A program made the translations under genes and the position numbers. Source: Candidatus Borrarchaeum weybense (lineage in GTDB: Archaea > Asgardarchaeota > Sifarchaeia > Borrarchaeales > Borrarchaeaceae). From it: DNA of 64,000 bases. Below the pieces are notes generated by a model. The model worked only from the letters and a program-made list of their open reading frames with translations, had not been told where the DNA came from and ran no database searches. Positions 6,834 to 17,637 of the stretch are shown one piece after another. Where the stretch lies: assembly GCA_019057385.1 (NCBI GenBank), contig JAHQJS010000006.1, positions 869,038 through 933,037 of the forward strand. Direction: 5' to 3'. Position 1 is the stretch's first letter. Each line of letters begins with the position of its first letter.

Positions 6834-7967
6834 CTATTCAAGTTTTTTCACAAATCTTTGAATGCTAAGTATTAGCGTAAGAATCGCAAAGAGTGCTAAC
6901 GCCAATAAATCGGTATAAATGTAACCTAAACTCTTACCTTTAGTCATAATTCCTCTGCAGCCGTTTATGTAATATGTCAAGGGCACAAGGTATGGAATCC
7001 ATGAAATATTACGAGGAAAGGCCTCTATAGGGAAAAAGAAGCCCGAAAAAAGTATCGATGGTAAGAAGAAGATGATTGTTGCCTGTACAGCTTGAAGTTG
7101 GTTTTTACTAACTGTGGAAACAAGCATACCTAGCCCCAGACATACGATCGCAAAGAGAATTGAAATAAGAAATACATCAAGAATAGATCCTCTTATCGAA
7201 AGCCCAAAAAATCCAATTCCAACAATGAGAACATTACAAATAACAGCAAGAGCTACAAGCATATAAGTCACAAATTTTCCAACGATGAAATCAGCTTTAT
7301 GAATCGGTGAAACGATAATCATTTCGATTGATCCGCTTTCTTTCTCGCGTACAAGGCTTACCGCAGTAAAGATAGTCGTTATCATTTGAACAACAAGTCC
7401 CATGACACCCGGAGCGAAAGCATCAATATTCTTTGTAGTTCCATAGAGTTGAATTTTAAACGTAGAAATTCTTACACTCTCTGAAGTAACGCCAACGGAT
7501 GTCGTCACAGCAAATCTCTCAGAAAACTCTTCAGAAAGTTCAACAGAAATCCGTTCTGCTTCAGCGGTAATAATTTGAGCGATTTGTGGTAGGCTTCCAT
7601 CTACAATAACGATAATATTCGCTGCTTTGCTTTCCTGAAGTGTTTCGGCAAAAGTTGACGGAATATGTATTGCTCCCTTTACCTTACCATTTTCAACTAA
7701 CGATCTGGCATTCTCAAAACCATTTACATATTCCACTACGTCAGTAACTTCTGATTCTTCAAATTTTTGAGTTACATACCAGCTCAAGTTATTATCACTA
7801 TCAGCATTACTGATTACAATGGGAAGGTGTGTTATTTCACCGCCAAATGCGATTCCAAATAGAATCATCATCATAGCAGGTTGGATAATAATCATTGCGA
7901 TTGTGCGACGGTCTCTTTTGAGTTGAAGGAGCTCTTTTCGAAAAACCGCTAAAAATTTTGACCACAA
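6834..7967 (-). CDS. ABC-2 type transporter permease
   Basis: RKELLQLKRDRR, VREKESGSIE, LFSGFFFPIE, VPLTYY. Confidence 0.92.
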   Translation of the reverse strand: MWSKFLAVFRKELLQLKRDRRTIAMIIIQPAMMMILFGIAFGGEITHLPIVISNADSDNNLSWYVTQKFEESEVTDVVEYVNGFENARSLVENGKVKGAIHIPSTFAETLQESKAANIIVIVDGSLPQIAQIITAEAERISVELSEEFSERFAVTTSVGVTSESVRISTFKIQLYGTTKNIDAFAPGVMGLVVQMITTIFTAVSLVREKESGSIEMIIVSPIHKADFIVGKFVTYMLVALAVICNVLIVGIGFFGLSIRGSILDVFLISILFAIVCLGLGMLVSTVSKNQLQAVQATIIFFLPSILFSGFFFPIEAFPRNISWIPYLVPLTYYINGCRGIMTKGKSLGYIYTDLLALALFAILTLILSIQRFVKKLE

Positions 7968-8918
7968 CTATGACCCCTCCGCCATTAATTTTATGAAAGC
8001 ATCTTCCATGGAGATTGAGACTTTTCCTGCAGTCAAGACATCTATCGAGTAGGAGTAGAGTAGCTTTTGAATTTTAGGAAGATCTGAATCCGCATTTTCT
8101 ACAACGAAATGTGTTTGGCATCCGCGTGGCTCAATATCACGAAAAAACAGGATTTCTTTGATTTCATCAATATCCACCAAAATGTTTCTTAGGTCTTGTT
8201 CAGACTCGCGGACTGTCACTTGAACTAAATCGCCATTATGAACCTTTCTCACGATTTCGGTCGGCGAGCCCTCGGCAATGAGATTACCATTGCTAATCAA
8301 ACCTAATCTATCGCAATGCTTTGCCTCGTCCAGATAGTGAGTGGTGACAAGTATAGTCGTTCCTTTTGCATTCAGTTCACGGAAAAATTGCCAAAACGTT
8401 CTTCTTAGAGGTGGATCAATACCCGCTGTAGGCTCATCTAAAATCAATATTTTAGGCTCATGAAGTAAAGCATTTGCTAGTGATAAACGATTTTTCATTC
8501 CACCACTAAGCTCATTTGCCAAATAATTTTCAAAATCCTGTAGTTTTACTAATTCCAAAACTTCTTTGATGCGTTGTTTTCTCTGTGACTGCGATAATCC
8601 ATAAATCGTTCCATAAAAGTCTAAATTTTCATAAGTTGTTAGATCACCATAGAGAATAAAGTTTTGAGCCATATAACCGATTTTTTGCTTCACTTCTTCT
8701 GGATTTTTGACTACATCAATTTCATCAACAAGTGCAGTTCCAGCTGATGGAGAGAGAACTCCGCATATCATTCGGATTGCTGTGGTTTTTCCTGCACCGT
8801 TAGGTCCTATGAATCCAAAAATTTCATCTTTTCTGATCCTTAAATTCAAACTATCAACAGCTGTGAAGGCGCCGAATGCTTTTGTAAGATTTCTACATTC
8901 TATGGCGTATTTTATCAC
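7968..8918 (-). CDS. ABC transporter ATP-binding protein
   Basis: GPNGAGKT, LSGGM, LDEPTAG, TTH. Confidence 0.95.
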   Translation of the reverse strand: MIKYAIECRNLTKAFGAFTAVDSLNLRIRKDEIFGFIGPNGAGKTTAIRMICGVLSPSAGTALVDEIDVVKNPEEVKQKIGYMAQNFILYGDLTTYENLDFYGTIYGLSQSQRKQRIKEVLELVKLQDFENYLANELSGGMKNRLSLANALLHEPKILILDEPTAGIDPPLRRTFWQFFRELNAKGTTILVTTHYLDEAKHCDRLGLISNGNLIAEGSPTEIVRKVHNGDLVQVTVRESEQDLRNILVDIDEIKEILFFRDIEPRGCQTHFVVENADSDLPKIQKLLYSYSIDVLTAGKVSISMEDAFIKLMAEGS

Positions 8919-9048
8919 AATACCACAGCCATTTGAAGCTAGGAATAGATTTAAATAATATTATTATTGAAGAAATATTATTAATTATTACTACTAAATA
9001 AATATTATTTTAATTTATTGTCACTGAAAGAACATCAATTGTGAGTTT

Positions 9049-9894
9049 ATGAGCGAAAAAGACATAGTTGAAACTATCAAAAGGCTAGGATTTACCGAAT
9101 ACGAAGCGAAAGTATATCTTGCACTAATCAAAAATGGGCGTAGTACTGCTGGAGAATTAACACTTCTAAGTGGAGTCCCTCATTCACGTATTTATGGTAT
9201 TCTCCAAACACTTGAAGCAAAAAATTGGGTCAATAGAGAAGGAGTAAGCTCACGAGGGGGGAAGGCTGCAAAATATAAGGCGAAGCCTCCAGAAGAAACC
9301 CTGAACGTATATTTCAATGAGTTTTCCGAAAGCGTAGTAGAAGCAACATCCACTTTGCAAAATTTATACGATCAAAAAAGTTCAACAGAAAAGTTCGAAT
9401 TTTGGGCATTGAGAGGGGAGGATGTTTACAGAACCATGAATAAAATGATGAAAGCAGGAAAATTCGTAGTTCTAGTTCTCCAAGTTGAACCCGCTTTGAC
9501 GCTCTACGTAAGCAAAATCTTTGAAACGCTTCAGAAAAGCCAATCAGACCTTAAGGAATTGTTACTTCTCACAGATCTTGATCAAATTCACGAAATATTT
9601 GGACTCGACTTTGTTAAAAAAATTTGTAAAGATTTCAAGGTAGCTCATACGGGTCTGCGCCCATTTCCGTTGCCATTCGTTTCAGTATTGAATGTTGATT
9701 TTGAACGTGTCCTAGTAGTTTTCCCAACAGTAGCAACTGTTTCAGATGAATTCACTCTTATGGACGTAGTAGGTGCTTATCTCGAAATACCAGGGTTTCC
9801 TGTTACGCGTGTCTTCGCAGAAAGATTCGTTCAAAAGATGAAAGGCTTTAAAAGTGGGCAGGAATGGCTCAAAGAATTGCATAGAGGAAGATAA
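9049..9894 (+). CDS. TrmB family transcriptional regulator
   Basis: LGFTEYEAKVYLAL...SGVPHSRIYGIL wHTH; divergent from the ABC operon. Confidence 0.88.
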   Translation: MSEKDIVETIKRLGFTEYEAKVYLALIKNGRSTAGELTLLSGVPHSRIYGILQTLEAKNWVNREGVSSRGGKAAKYKAKPPEETLNVYFNEFSESVVEATSTLQNLYDQKSSTEKFEFWALRGEDVYRTMNKMMKAGKFVVLVLQVEPALTLYVSKIFETLQKSQSDLKELLLLTDLDQIHEIFGLDFVKKICKDFKVAHTGLRPFPLPFVSVLNVDFERVLVVFPTVATVSDEFTLMDVVGAYLEIPGFPVTRVFAERFVQKMKGFKSGQEWLKELHRGR

Positions 9895-9961
9895 GAACTA
9901 TAGGTTTTGGATACTGGTTTTAAATATTCATAAGTTGTATATTAGTCTTTAAAAAAATCCT

Positions 9962-10573
9962 ATGCGTTTTATGGAGTTGAACCTTATGGTTTCAAAGCGT
10001 ATAAAAATTGCAATAATTGTTGTGGTGGTCCTTATTGTCGGGTTTTTCGGTACTGTGGGGATACTTTTTGTCATTGGGCATACGCCACATGTAAGCGACG
10101 TTCAAGTCAGCAACCCTGAAGGTAATGCTGGAGTTGCGTTCGTGGTCTATCAGCCGGGAATAAGCAATTTTCAAGAAAAAGTGACCAATGCCTTCGTAGA
10201 CGGTCTTATTTCCAATGATTGGCGCGTTGAAATTACTACCGCAAGCTCTCAGACACCTACTGACCTATCTAACTACGACCTTCTGGTCCTTGGGAGTCCT
10301 ATTTATGCTGATACACCCACCCAACCTGTCATGGACTATGTAAGTAATGTTGGCGATCTCGAAGGCATGAACACAGTAATTCTTCTTACAGGAGGTGCGG
10401 GAACCGGAGATGACGCACCCAGTATACTGGGAAACCATGTACAAGAAGCAAACGGTGTCGTCGTTAAGTCGCTGATGCTATATAGCACCTCGGCTTCCAA
10501 TGAGGAACAGTATGGCACTACTGATCCAATAGTAATAGCGACGAAGGCTGGAGAAGAGTGCTCCCTTCTTTAA
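9962..10573 (+). CDS. Membrane-anchored flavodoxin-like protein (start may be 9986)
   Basis: N-terminal TM; DLSNYDLLVLGSPIY. Confidence 0.75.
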   Translation: MRFMELNLMVSKRIKIAIIVVVVLIVGFFGTVGILFVIGHTPHVSDVQVSNPEGNAGVAFVVYQPGISNFQEKVTNAFVDGLISNDWRVEITTASSQTPTDLSNYDLLVLGSPIYADTPTQPVMDYVSNVGDLEGMNTVILLTGGAGTGDDAPSILGNHVQEANGVVVKSLMLYSTSASNEEQYGTTDPIVIATKAGEECSLL

Positions 10574-10587
10574 AGGAGTAGGAGAAT

Positions 10588-11187
10588 TTGGCCAATTTAT
10601 TTACCGAAAAATGGATCAAGACTTTTATTCCTTATGGGGTTGCTTTACTCCGAGCATTTTTCGCCCCTTTTCTTTTTTATACGTTTATCAACGATTTGAG
10701 AATATGGACAATCATCCTCTTTTTCTTTGCATGTTTCACTGACTATTTTGATGGATATCTTGTAAGAAAACTAGATATAATTTCTCCTTCATCCCTTGAA
10801 TCCTACCTCGATGCCACAGCCGATTTTATTATTATCTTTACAATGTTCTTTGCTTTCATGCTGAAGCAAATATATCCCTATTGGATATTAATCATTATTG
10901 GCGTTTTCTTCCTGCAATTCGTAATTACCTCAGGGCTTAAAAGTCCCGTTTACGATCCAGTCGGAAAATATACTGGATTATTTTTCTTTGTCGTCATTAT
11001 TATTACGTTGCTTTTCCCTCAACCTATCGTCTATAACGTCTTATTAATTTGCATAATTGGATTCACTGCGATATCGGTGTTAAGCCGTTCTGTGTACCTT
11101 ATAACACACAAGAAGGACGAACCTTTTATAGATAAATCTCCAAGCGATCTGTTGGCACGGATCTTGGTAGTTAATTTAAATACTTAG
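10588..11187 (+). CDS. CDP-alcohol phosphatidyltransferase family protein
   Basis: TDYFDGYLVRK...YLDATAD signature variant; multiple TM helices. Confidence 0.85.
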   Translation: MANLFTEKWIKTFIPYGVALLRAFFAPFLFYTFINDLRIWTIILFFFACFTDYFDGYLVRKLDIISPSSLESYLDATADFIIIFTMFFAFMLKQIYPYWILIIIGVFFLQFVITSGLKSPVYDPVGKYTGLFFFVVIIITLLFPQPIVYNVLLICIIGFTAISVLSRSVYLITHKKDEPFIDKSPSDLLARILVVNLNT

Positions 11188-11244
11188 TTTTGCTATAAAT
11201 GGTTCTTAAGATTTTTAAAATTAGAAATTGGAGGAGGCGAGTTC

Positions 11245-11823
11245 ATGCCTACATTCATCTGTTTAATGAACTACACAGAACAAGGAATTAGAACAATTAA
11301 AGACTCCCCTAAACGAATTGAAGAAGGTATCAAACTTTTTGAGGATATGGGAGGTAAGTTAGTTGCTATTTATTCAACTCAGGGCGAATATGACTTGATT
11401 GCTGTCGGTGAAGCGCCCAGTGATGAGATCGCTACGACTTTCACTTTAAGACTTGCATCCTTGGGAAACATAAGGACAACGACATTAAAGGCGTTTACCG
11501 TACAATCCTCTATGAAGGACGACCCTGCTATGCCGACTTTTGTACTCTTCATGAAATTCACTGATATGGGCATTAGGAGGGTTAAGGACTCCCCTGGGCG
11601 AATTGAGGAAGCAATTCAAGGCTGGGACGCTTTAGGGGGAAAGTTAATAGGCCTATATACGGTCTTGGGGGATATCGACTTAATGGCAATCGGTGATGCT
11701 CCTAATGATGAAGCCGTTATAAATTTCATTCTGAAGCTAGGTTCGGTTGGAAACGTAAGAACAAAAACATTCAGGGTGTTTACAAAGGAAGAATTTACAG
11801 AAATGGTTAATAAGTTGCCTTAA
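11245..11823 (+). CDS. Tandem GYD-domain protein
   Basis: Two repeats of MPTF..LM.(Y/F)T..GIR..KDSP.R...G.(Y/I)DL...GN(I/V)RT.T. Confidence 0.85.
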   Translation: MPTFICLMNYTEQGIRTIKDSPKRIEEGIKLFEDMGGKLVAIYSTQGEYDLIAVGEAPSDEIATTFTLRLASLGNIRTTTLKAFTVQSSMKDDPAMPTFVLFMKFTDMGIRRVKDSPGRIEEAIQGWDALGGKLIGLYTVLGDIDLMAIGDAPNDEAVINFILKLGSVGNVRTKTFRVFTKEEFTEMVNKLP

Positions 11824-12004
11824 TCTTATCGGCGATAACAACAGATGCATTTGAAATTGACTCTTTTTTCTTTTTTCTTGTATAGTTGGCTTAAGTTTTA
11901 TCTTTGTGTCTAAAAAGTTCAAGAAGCATATTTTTTTAAGCAACATAGGCATATAATTACGTTTCATTATTTATAGAAAAGGAATTAAAAAGGGGTACAA
12001 GCTG

Positions 12005-12766
12005 ATGGAGAAAGGGGACTTTGTAGTAGAAACAGTTGATCTGAATAAGGAGTTCCATCTAGGTGATATTATAGTCCCTGCTCTACGGGGTATTAATTTC
12101 CAAGTGAAAAAGGGTGAATTTGTAGTCATCATGGGACCATCAGGAAGTGGAAAATCAACTCTACTAAACATGATAGGTGGTCTAGATAACCCTACAGCAG
12201 GAAAGGTCTACATTAATGGGCAGGACATTTCACAAATGTCGGATGCAGCCTTAACTGATCTTAGAGCTCGAGAAATTGGATTTGTTTTTCAATTTTATAA
12301 CCTTGTTCCCGTACTGACGGCTTTAGAAAACGTGGAGTTACCTTTAATGGTAACGGGTGTTCCTGATAAAGAAAGCAGAAAACGCGCTACAGAACTTCTA
12401 GGATTAGTTGGACTTGGGGATCGCCTTCATCATAGACCTGATGAGCTCAGTGGTGGGCAGCGCCAACGTGTTTCTATAGCGCGTGCGATTGCAAATGATC
12501 CCGCAATCGTTCTAGCGGATGAGCCGACGGGGGATGTCGACACGAAGACCGGAGATGAAATTTTGGATTTGATGCATGACTTGAATAGAAATTTGGGGAC
12601 CACCCTAATTGTCATCACACATGATCCAGCAGTTGCAGAGCACTGCGACAGGCTTGTTCGGATAGTCGATGGACAAATAGCCACAGATAGGGCAACAGCA
12701 CGTAAATTACTTGAAATTAGTGATGAAGAACGACAGGTATTTGAAGAACTTACTGGAATTAAGTGA
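12005..12766 (+). CDS. LolD/MacB-type ABC ATP-binding protein
   Basis: GPSGSGKS, IGFVFQFYNL, LSGGQRQR, ADEPTG. Confidence 0.95.
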   Translation: MEKGDFVVETVDLNKEFHLGDIIVPALRGINFQVKKGEFVVIMGPSGSGKSTLLNMIGGLDNPTAGKVYINGQDISQMSDAALTDLRAREIGFVFQFYNLVPVLTALENVELPLMVTGVPDKESRKRATELLGLVGLGDRLHHRPDELSGGQRQRVSIARAIANDPAIVLADEPTGDVDTKTGDEILDLMHDLNRNLGTTLIVITHDPAVAEHCDRLVRIVDGQIATDRATARKLLEISDEERQVFEELTGIK

Positions 12767-12811
12767 ATATAGATATATATTCAATTAAATCAACCCTGTG
12801 AGGGGATTATT

Positions 12812-15787
12812 ATGCAACTAGGGATGTTAGCTGCCAACTTGGTTGTTGTAGTCATTCCTGTAATCATTGGTATCATAGCCATTCTTCTTTGGAAAGATAA
12901 GCGCTTAGTTAAAATGGCACTTCGCAACCTAGGACGAAGGAAGACTCGCAACTTTCTCACCGTGGTTGGAGTAATGGCTTCAGTCAGTCTATACGTAGCA
13001 TTTAACATAGCTAGTGATAACACGTATCAGGTTTTTTATAACGTAGTTGAACTGCTGGGAGGCAAAGTAGATTTCGAAGTCAGTCGAGTTGATGGTGAAC
13101 CTTTTGATGAAGACCTCCTCGATGACATTTTGCAGGTAGAGGGGGTGAAAGCAGCAGCCCCTCGGATACAGCGCTACAGTGTGATCTATATCAAAGCTGA
13201 TGGAAACTCAACTACGGCAGTTATAGTTGGAATAGATCCACAGTATGACAACGAGTTCGGAGAGATATTTGATTATAACACCAGCGACCCCATCAATACT
13301 AGTGAAGTCCTTTCGGGAAAGGTAGCCATAGTGAGCGAATCACTGATGGATGGCATTACGTGGCAAGAAGAAGTTGATGATGGCGAGGATGATGAGTTTG
13401 AAATCGTCAATGCCACCGTTGGAGATAGCATGATGATCAAGTATCGAGGCGAAGGAGTAGGAAAAAGGGAGCGTTGGAAGATCGCCGCTTTTGCGGAAGT
13501 GACTGGCAAAACTCGACAGGTGGGTTTTGGGTCATGCGTCTTTATTACATTAGATAGCGCCCAAAAGTTCTTTCCAAAGTGTAAAGGCAAAGTTGATCAG
13601 ATCGTAGTGGAAATGGATCCTGCGTACGCAGATGAATGGCAAGATGTAAGGCAAAGGATCCAAGAAGTGGTAGATGACGAAAAATGTACGGTATTTGCGC
13701 CGAAACAAAGCATTTTGGAACAAAACGAGGCATCTTTATCGGGTATGAACGCAGGTCTTCTTTTTGCAGGAGCAACAACTTTACTAGCAATGATATTTTT
13801 GATCTTTAATGCCATTAACATGACGATTAGCGAAAGACGATATGAAATCGGGGTACTTAGGAGCATAGGATTCAAAAAACGACATATCTTTCGATTATTT
13901 CTGTACGAAGTACTGATATTAGGTATAACTGGAAGTGCGAGTGGTGTGTTCCTTGGCATAGGGATATCCCAGGGGTTACTTTGGTATTTTAAACAGCTCT
14001 TTAACGTACCAATCGAATTCGCTGCCAAAGAAGTCGCAACCCTCCCTGTTGACCCAGGCGATCTACGAGATGGCTTTTTTATTGGTGTCATCTTTACATT
14101 CCTAGGCGGATTATATCCGCTGTTAGCTGTCTCTGCGATGCCAATTATGGGCGCGCTAAGGCCAGAAGCCCGTCAAACTGAAAAAATTAAGTTGAGACAT
14201 CGGCTTCGATGGATCGCTGGAGGCAGCATACTCCTCGTTGTTGGGGTGGGCCTTATATTCGCTTCATCATTTGTTCTGGGGCTTCAAGATACCTTTCTTA
14301 TTGGTATATTCCTGTTAATGACAGCTACTGGTCTAGTCCTTATCATGGGTGGCTTAAAACGTAAATATCTTACGATTTCAGCTGGAGTTATATTCCTAGG
14401 AATCGGTCTTTTTGATGTGCTCTTTGTAGAATCATTTTTTTCGAGCTATATCTTAATGGTAGGATCGATTATCTTTACTGCGGGCATTTTAAGAGGAATT
14501 GGTGGATTCTTTAATTTCATTACCAAACAGATTCCAGGTTTCAAGTATGTGGGTTCGCTTGCAAGTAAAAACATAGCTCGAAAGCCCACAAGGAGCACAC
14601 TAACCTTTGGCATTTTTACGATCTGTTTAGCGCTTGTGATTTCGGTCGCATCAATTATGATCGCTATCGAAACAGGAATTCTACAATGGGTTGACGACAA
14701 TCTTGAGGAAGATATGTGGATCACCACATCTGTGGGGGCTCCTCTCGGCCTAAGCGGGAACATTACACGAAATATAGAAGGAATACATTGGATGAATACG
14801 AGTGATGAAGGGATGCGACCCGCTTGCACTGCCCAAGTATACGCAGGGGCTCGTTTCGAACTTTGGGATGAAGATTTTGATTCATTACTAATAGGTATCA
14901 ACAGCACGGAGTATTTTGCCGTGAATGAAAATACTATGCAACATAAAATTCTGGAACCAAACATTACTGATACCTACAAACTCTTCAAGCGTCTAAAGAG
15001 TACACATGAAAATAGTTGCATTATAAGCGATAGACTAGCTGAAGAACTCCACATAAGAGTAGGCCAGAAAACACCGGTTGGTATATGGTCTCATGGAAAT
15101 TTTACAGAGTTTAAAGTAGTAGGAATCATGCACAACGACATCATTGGCTACCCGCAACCTGGATATTTCTGTCTAATTGACATCGACAAATTCCTCGACT
15201 TCGGGTTTGATGAAACAGCATACCATTTCTCAATGAAACTTGATAGATATTATCCAAATGGCACAGAGGTAGACCCGCAAGTTGTGGCAGACCAGATTGA
15301 CGAACGATGGGGCGATGAATATAAACTAAGCTTCTCGTTCAAAGAAGGTGTCAAAGATGACGTTCGCGAACAAGTACAACAAATCGGGACCTTCTTTAAT
15401 ATCATCACATATTCTAGCATTATCGTTGGTTTATTAGTTTTAGTAACAACGATGATAAAAATTGTAAGCGAACGACGTCGGGAAATTGGCTTACTCCGTA
15501 CAATAGGCATAAAAAAAGTAAAAGTGATGCAACTCATCCTTTTTGAGTCGATATTCCTTGCTCTTATAGGTCTCTTTCTAGGTATTTTAGATGGTTACAT
15601 CTTAGGGTACACATTCGTTCAGGCTATGGGTAGCGTTGGTTTTGGATCCATGGAGTTTGTTATGCCCTGGGTCGCTATTGGCCAAACAGTAGTAGTTGCT
15701 ATCGCTATAGCCGTCATCGGTGCGCTAGTTCCCGCGTGGAATGCTGGTAAGATACCTCCAGCCGAATCATTGAGATATACAGGATAA
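12812..15787 (+). CDS. FtsX/MacB-like ABC permease (duplicated, 991 aa)
   Basis: ALRNLGRRKTR, two ERRxEIGxLRxIG motifs, C-terminal PAESLRY. Confidence 0.92.
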   Translation: MQLGMLAANLVVVVIPVIIGIIAILLWKDKRLVKMALRNLGRRKTRNFLTVVGVMASVSLYVAFNIASDNTYQVFYNVVELLGGKVDFEVSRVDGEPFDEDLLDDILQVEGVKAAAPRIQRYSVIYIKADGNSTTAVIVGIDPQYDNEFGEIFDYNTSDPINTSEVLSGKVAIVSESLMDGITWQEEVDDGEDDEFEIVNATVGDSMMIKYRGEGVGKRERWKIAAFAEVTGKTRQVGFGSCVFITLDSAQKFFPKCKGKVDQIVVEMDPAYADEWQDVRQRIQEVVDDEKCTVFAPKQSILEQNEASLSGMNAGLLFAGATTLLAMIFLIFNAINMTISERRYEIGVLRSIGFKKRHIFRLFLYEVLILGITGSASGVFLGIGISQGLLWYFKQLFNVPIEFAAKEVATLPVDPGDLRDGFFIGVIFTFLGGLYPLLAVSAMPIMGALRPEARQTEKIKLRHRLRWIAGGSILLVVGVGLIFASSFVLGLQDTFLIGIFLLMTATGLVLIMGGLKRKYLTISAGVIFLGIGLFDVLFVESFFSSYILMVGSIIFTAGILRGIGGFFNFITKQIPGFKYVGSLASKNIARKPTRSTLTFGIFTICLALVISVASIMIAIETGILQWVDDNLEEDMWITTSVGAPLGLSGNITRNIEGIHWMNTSDEGMRPACTAQVYAGARFELWDEDFDSLLIGINSTEYFAVNENTMQHKILEPNITDTYKLFKRLKSTHENSCIISDRLAEELHIRVGQKTPVGIWSHGNFTEFKVVGIMHNDIIGYPQPGYFCLIDIDKFLDFGFDETAYHFSMKLDRYYPNGTEVDPQVVADQIDERWGDEYKLSFSFKEGVKDDVREQVQQIGTFFNIITYSSIIVGLLVLVTTMIKIVSERRREIGLLRTIGIKKVKVMQLILFESIFLALIGLFLGILDGYILGYTFVQAMGSVGFGSMEFVMPWVAIGQTVVVAIAIAVIGALVPAWNAGKIPPAESLRYTG

Positions 15788-15922
15788 ATTAAGTGATATC
15801 TCCTGCCTCATCTCTTTTTTCTGATAATTATAGGCAAAGTCATACGTCAGCAATCAACAAAGAAGTTAAACATAGACGGCATCAATACATAAACTGGTTA
15901 AAAATAGGAGATTGAGGCAGGT

Positions 15923-16834
15923 CTAACAGAAACTTACGGCGTCTACATTGCATGTACGAAGGCATCTTCCACAGAGATAGCATTCACCATAACTTTCAAT
16001 TATTTCTCCTGTCGGGCATTTCATATCGCAAAGTCCGCATTCCGTACATAAATCTCCTTTCTCCAATTTAAATCTGGAGAATTTCGCTACAGGTGCAGCA
16101 ATAGCACCATAAGGGCAAAATAGCCTACAGAAAGGTCTGTATACAAAAATTGAAGCTACAAAAAAAGCACTTATGATGAACACGCCAGGAATTACAATTT
16201 CCAATCTCCAAAACTGATATGGCGCTATTATATTGATCAGATCAATATTAAAGGCGAGAATTAAGCCAATGATCAAACCTAATACCCCTAGTCTTATCCA
16301 GAAGGTGATTTTTGTTGGCACGATCAGTTTATTTTTTCCTTTTTTGCCTGTAGGGACGTCATAGAGAAGTTCTTGAAGTGCCCCTACTGGACATCCATAT
16401 CCACATACTGCACGACCGATAATAAAAGTGAGACCAAGTGTTAAGATGAGTGCTACTACTGTCAGGGTTAAAGAATATCTTGCTACATGACCTGCTCCTA
16501 CCTCTCCCGCAGCAGCCCTTATGCCCTCTGCTCCAAATAATTTCGGGATCAATGTGATTAGATGTCCACCCTGAAGAAAGAAAAACGCCAGAACAGTTAC
16601 ACTTAGCAATATAATTCGCAAGCGGTTGTTGAATTTTGTCTTGACCATTGCTACAATAGCTAAAATTGAGAATCCTACGACATACGTAAAACTGGTTATG
16701 AACTCAACAAGGCTAACTTCACCTTGACTTCTACGCCCCACTCCGTTGCTGAGTCCTTTGAATGTTTTCTTTATTATTTCAGAATACTTCAAGTTCCTGA
16801 TTTTGAATAATTTCTGCATTGTTTTCTCTCTCAC
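15923..16834 (-). CDS. NapH/MauN-like 4Fe-4S membrane protein (start uncertain)
   Basis: GRAVCGYGCPVG, RPFCRLFCPYG, two CxxCxxCxxxC motifs. Confidence 0.85.
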   Translation of the reverse strand: MREKTMQKLFKIRNLKYSEIIKKTFKGLSNGVGRRSQGEVSLVEFITSFTYVVGFSILAIVAMVKTKFNNRLRIILLSVTVLAFFFLQGGHLITLIPKLFGAEGIRAAAGEVGAGHVARYSLTLTVVALILTLGLTFIIGRAVCGYGCPVGALQELLYDVPTGKKGKNKLIVPTKITFWIRLGVLGLIIGLILAFNIDLINIIAPYQFWRLEIVIPGVFIISAFFVASIFVYRPFCRLFCPYGAIAAPVAKFSRFKLEKGDLCTECGLCDMKCPTGEIIESYGECYLCGRCLRTCNVDAVSFC

Positions 16835-16981
16835 AGTTTTCTAAGTTTGTTGTGAAAAAATTTTCATTAATTTCTTAGAAGTTAATTCACTTTTTCTTTT
16901 AAATTATGATTCATGCAAAATTAAAGCACAGAATCTTGAATAAAACAGCTACTAAGACAGTAACCACCAGAAAAGTGATAA

Positions 16982-17545
16982 TCAAAAGAATTCGTACAAA
17001 ACATCTTCTTTCAAGTTCATCAATACTTCTGCATTAATAGATTCTACATTAACACGCTGTGTCTTCTTGATTTCTATTTCCTCAGAGTCTAATCCACCAT
17101 TGTACCAATGTATCAGAATTCCTACACGAAAGGTTAGTCCAGTATCAAGAAGTTCGCGTAAGAAGTTAATCCATCGGGTTGCTTGTTGATTTCGGAAATC
17201 AGGCCAGTATTTGTCCTTTTTCTGTTTTTTCGCTCTTTCTTTGAGCATTTTTTCTGTGATCCAATTATTAATTTTTTCCTTGCTCCATCCCTTTTTTCTT
17301 AACTTCTTGACTTTCTTAGAATCAACTAAGGCTTCGTGCTTTTGACTGATATCTAAAGAACCTAACACGGTGTCACAATCACAATACCCTTGAGTCGGTC
17401 TAAAATACAATTCCCCAAATGGTAACTGAGATTTAACGTTCTCGTTGTTTACAGGGCTTAAAGTCATTTCATAATTATCAAAAATAGGTACAAGTGTATC
17501 TATTTTCGTTCCTTTCGGCAAAGTTGCTGTGATGTAGTAGCACAT
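16982..17545 (-). CDS. Hypothetical protein (Cys/His motifs)
   Basis: 187-aa ORF with MCYYIT, CDCDT, LIHWY. Confidence 0.7.
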   Translation of the reverse strand: MCYYITATLPKGTKIDTLVPIFDNYEMTLSPVNNENVKSQLPFGELYFRPTQGYCDCDTVLGSLDISQKHEALVDSKKVKKLRKKGWSKEKINNWITEKMLKERAKKQKKDKYWPDFRNQQATRWINFLRELLDTGLTFRVGILIHWYNGGLDSEEIEIKKTQRVNVESINAEVLMNLKEDVLYEFF

Positions 17546-17637
17546 GACACGAACACTTTTTAGGTCGTTGAAAAACTTATTTAGAATGAATGTGAAAGCA
17601 GGATAAATAACTTTCTAGCTGCAAAATTTTCATACAG

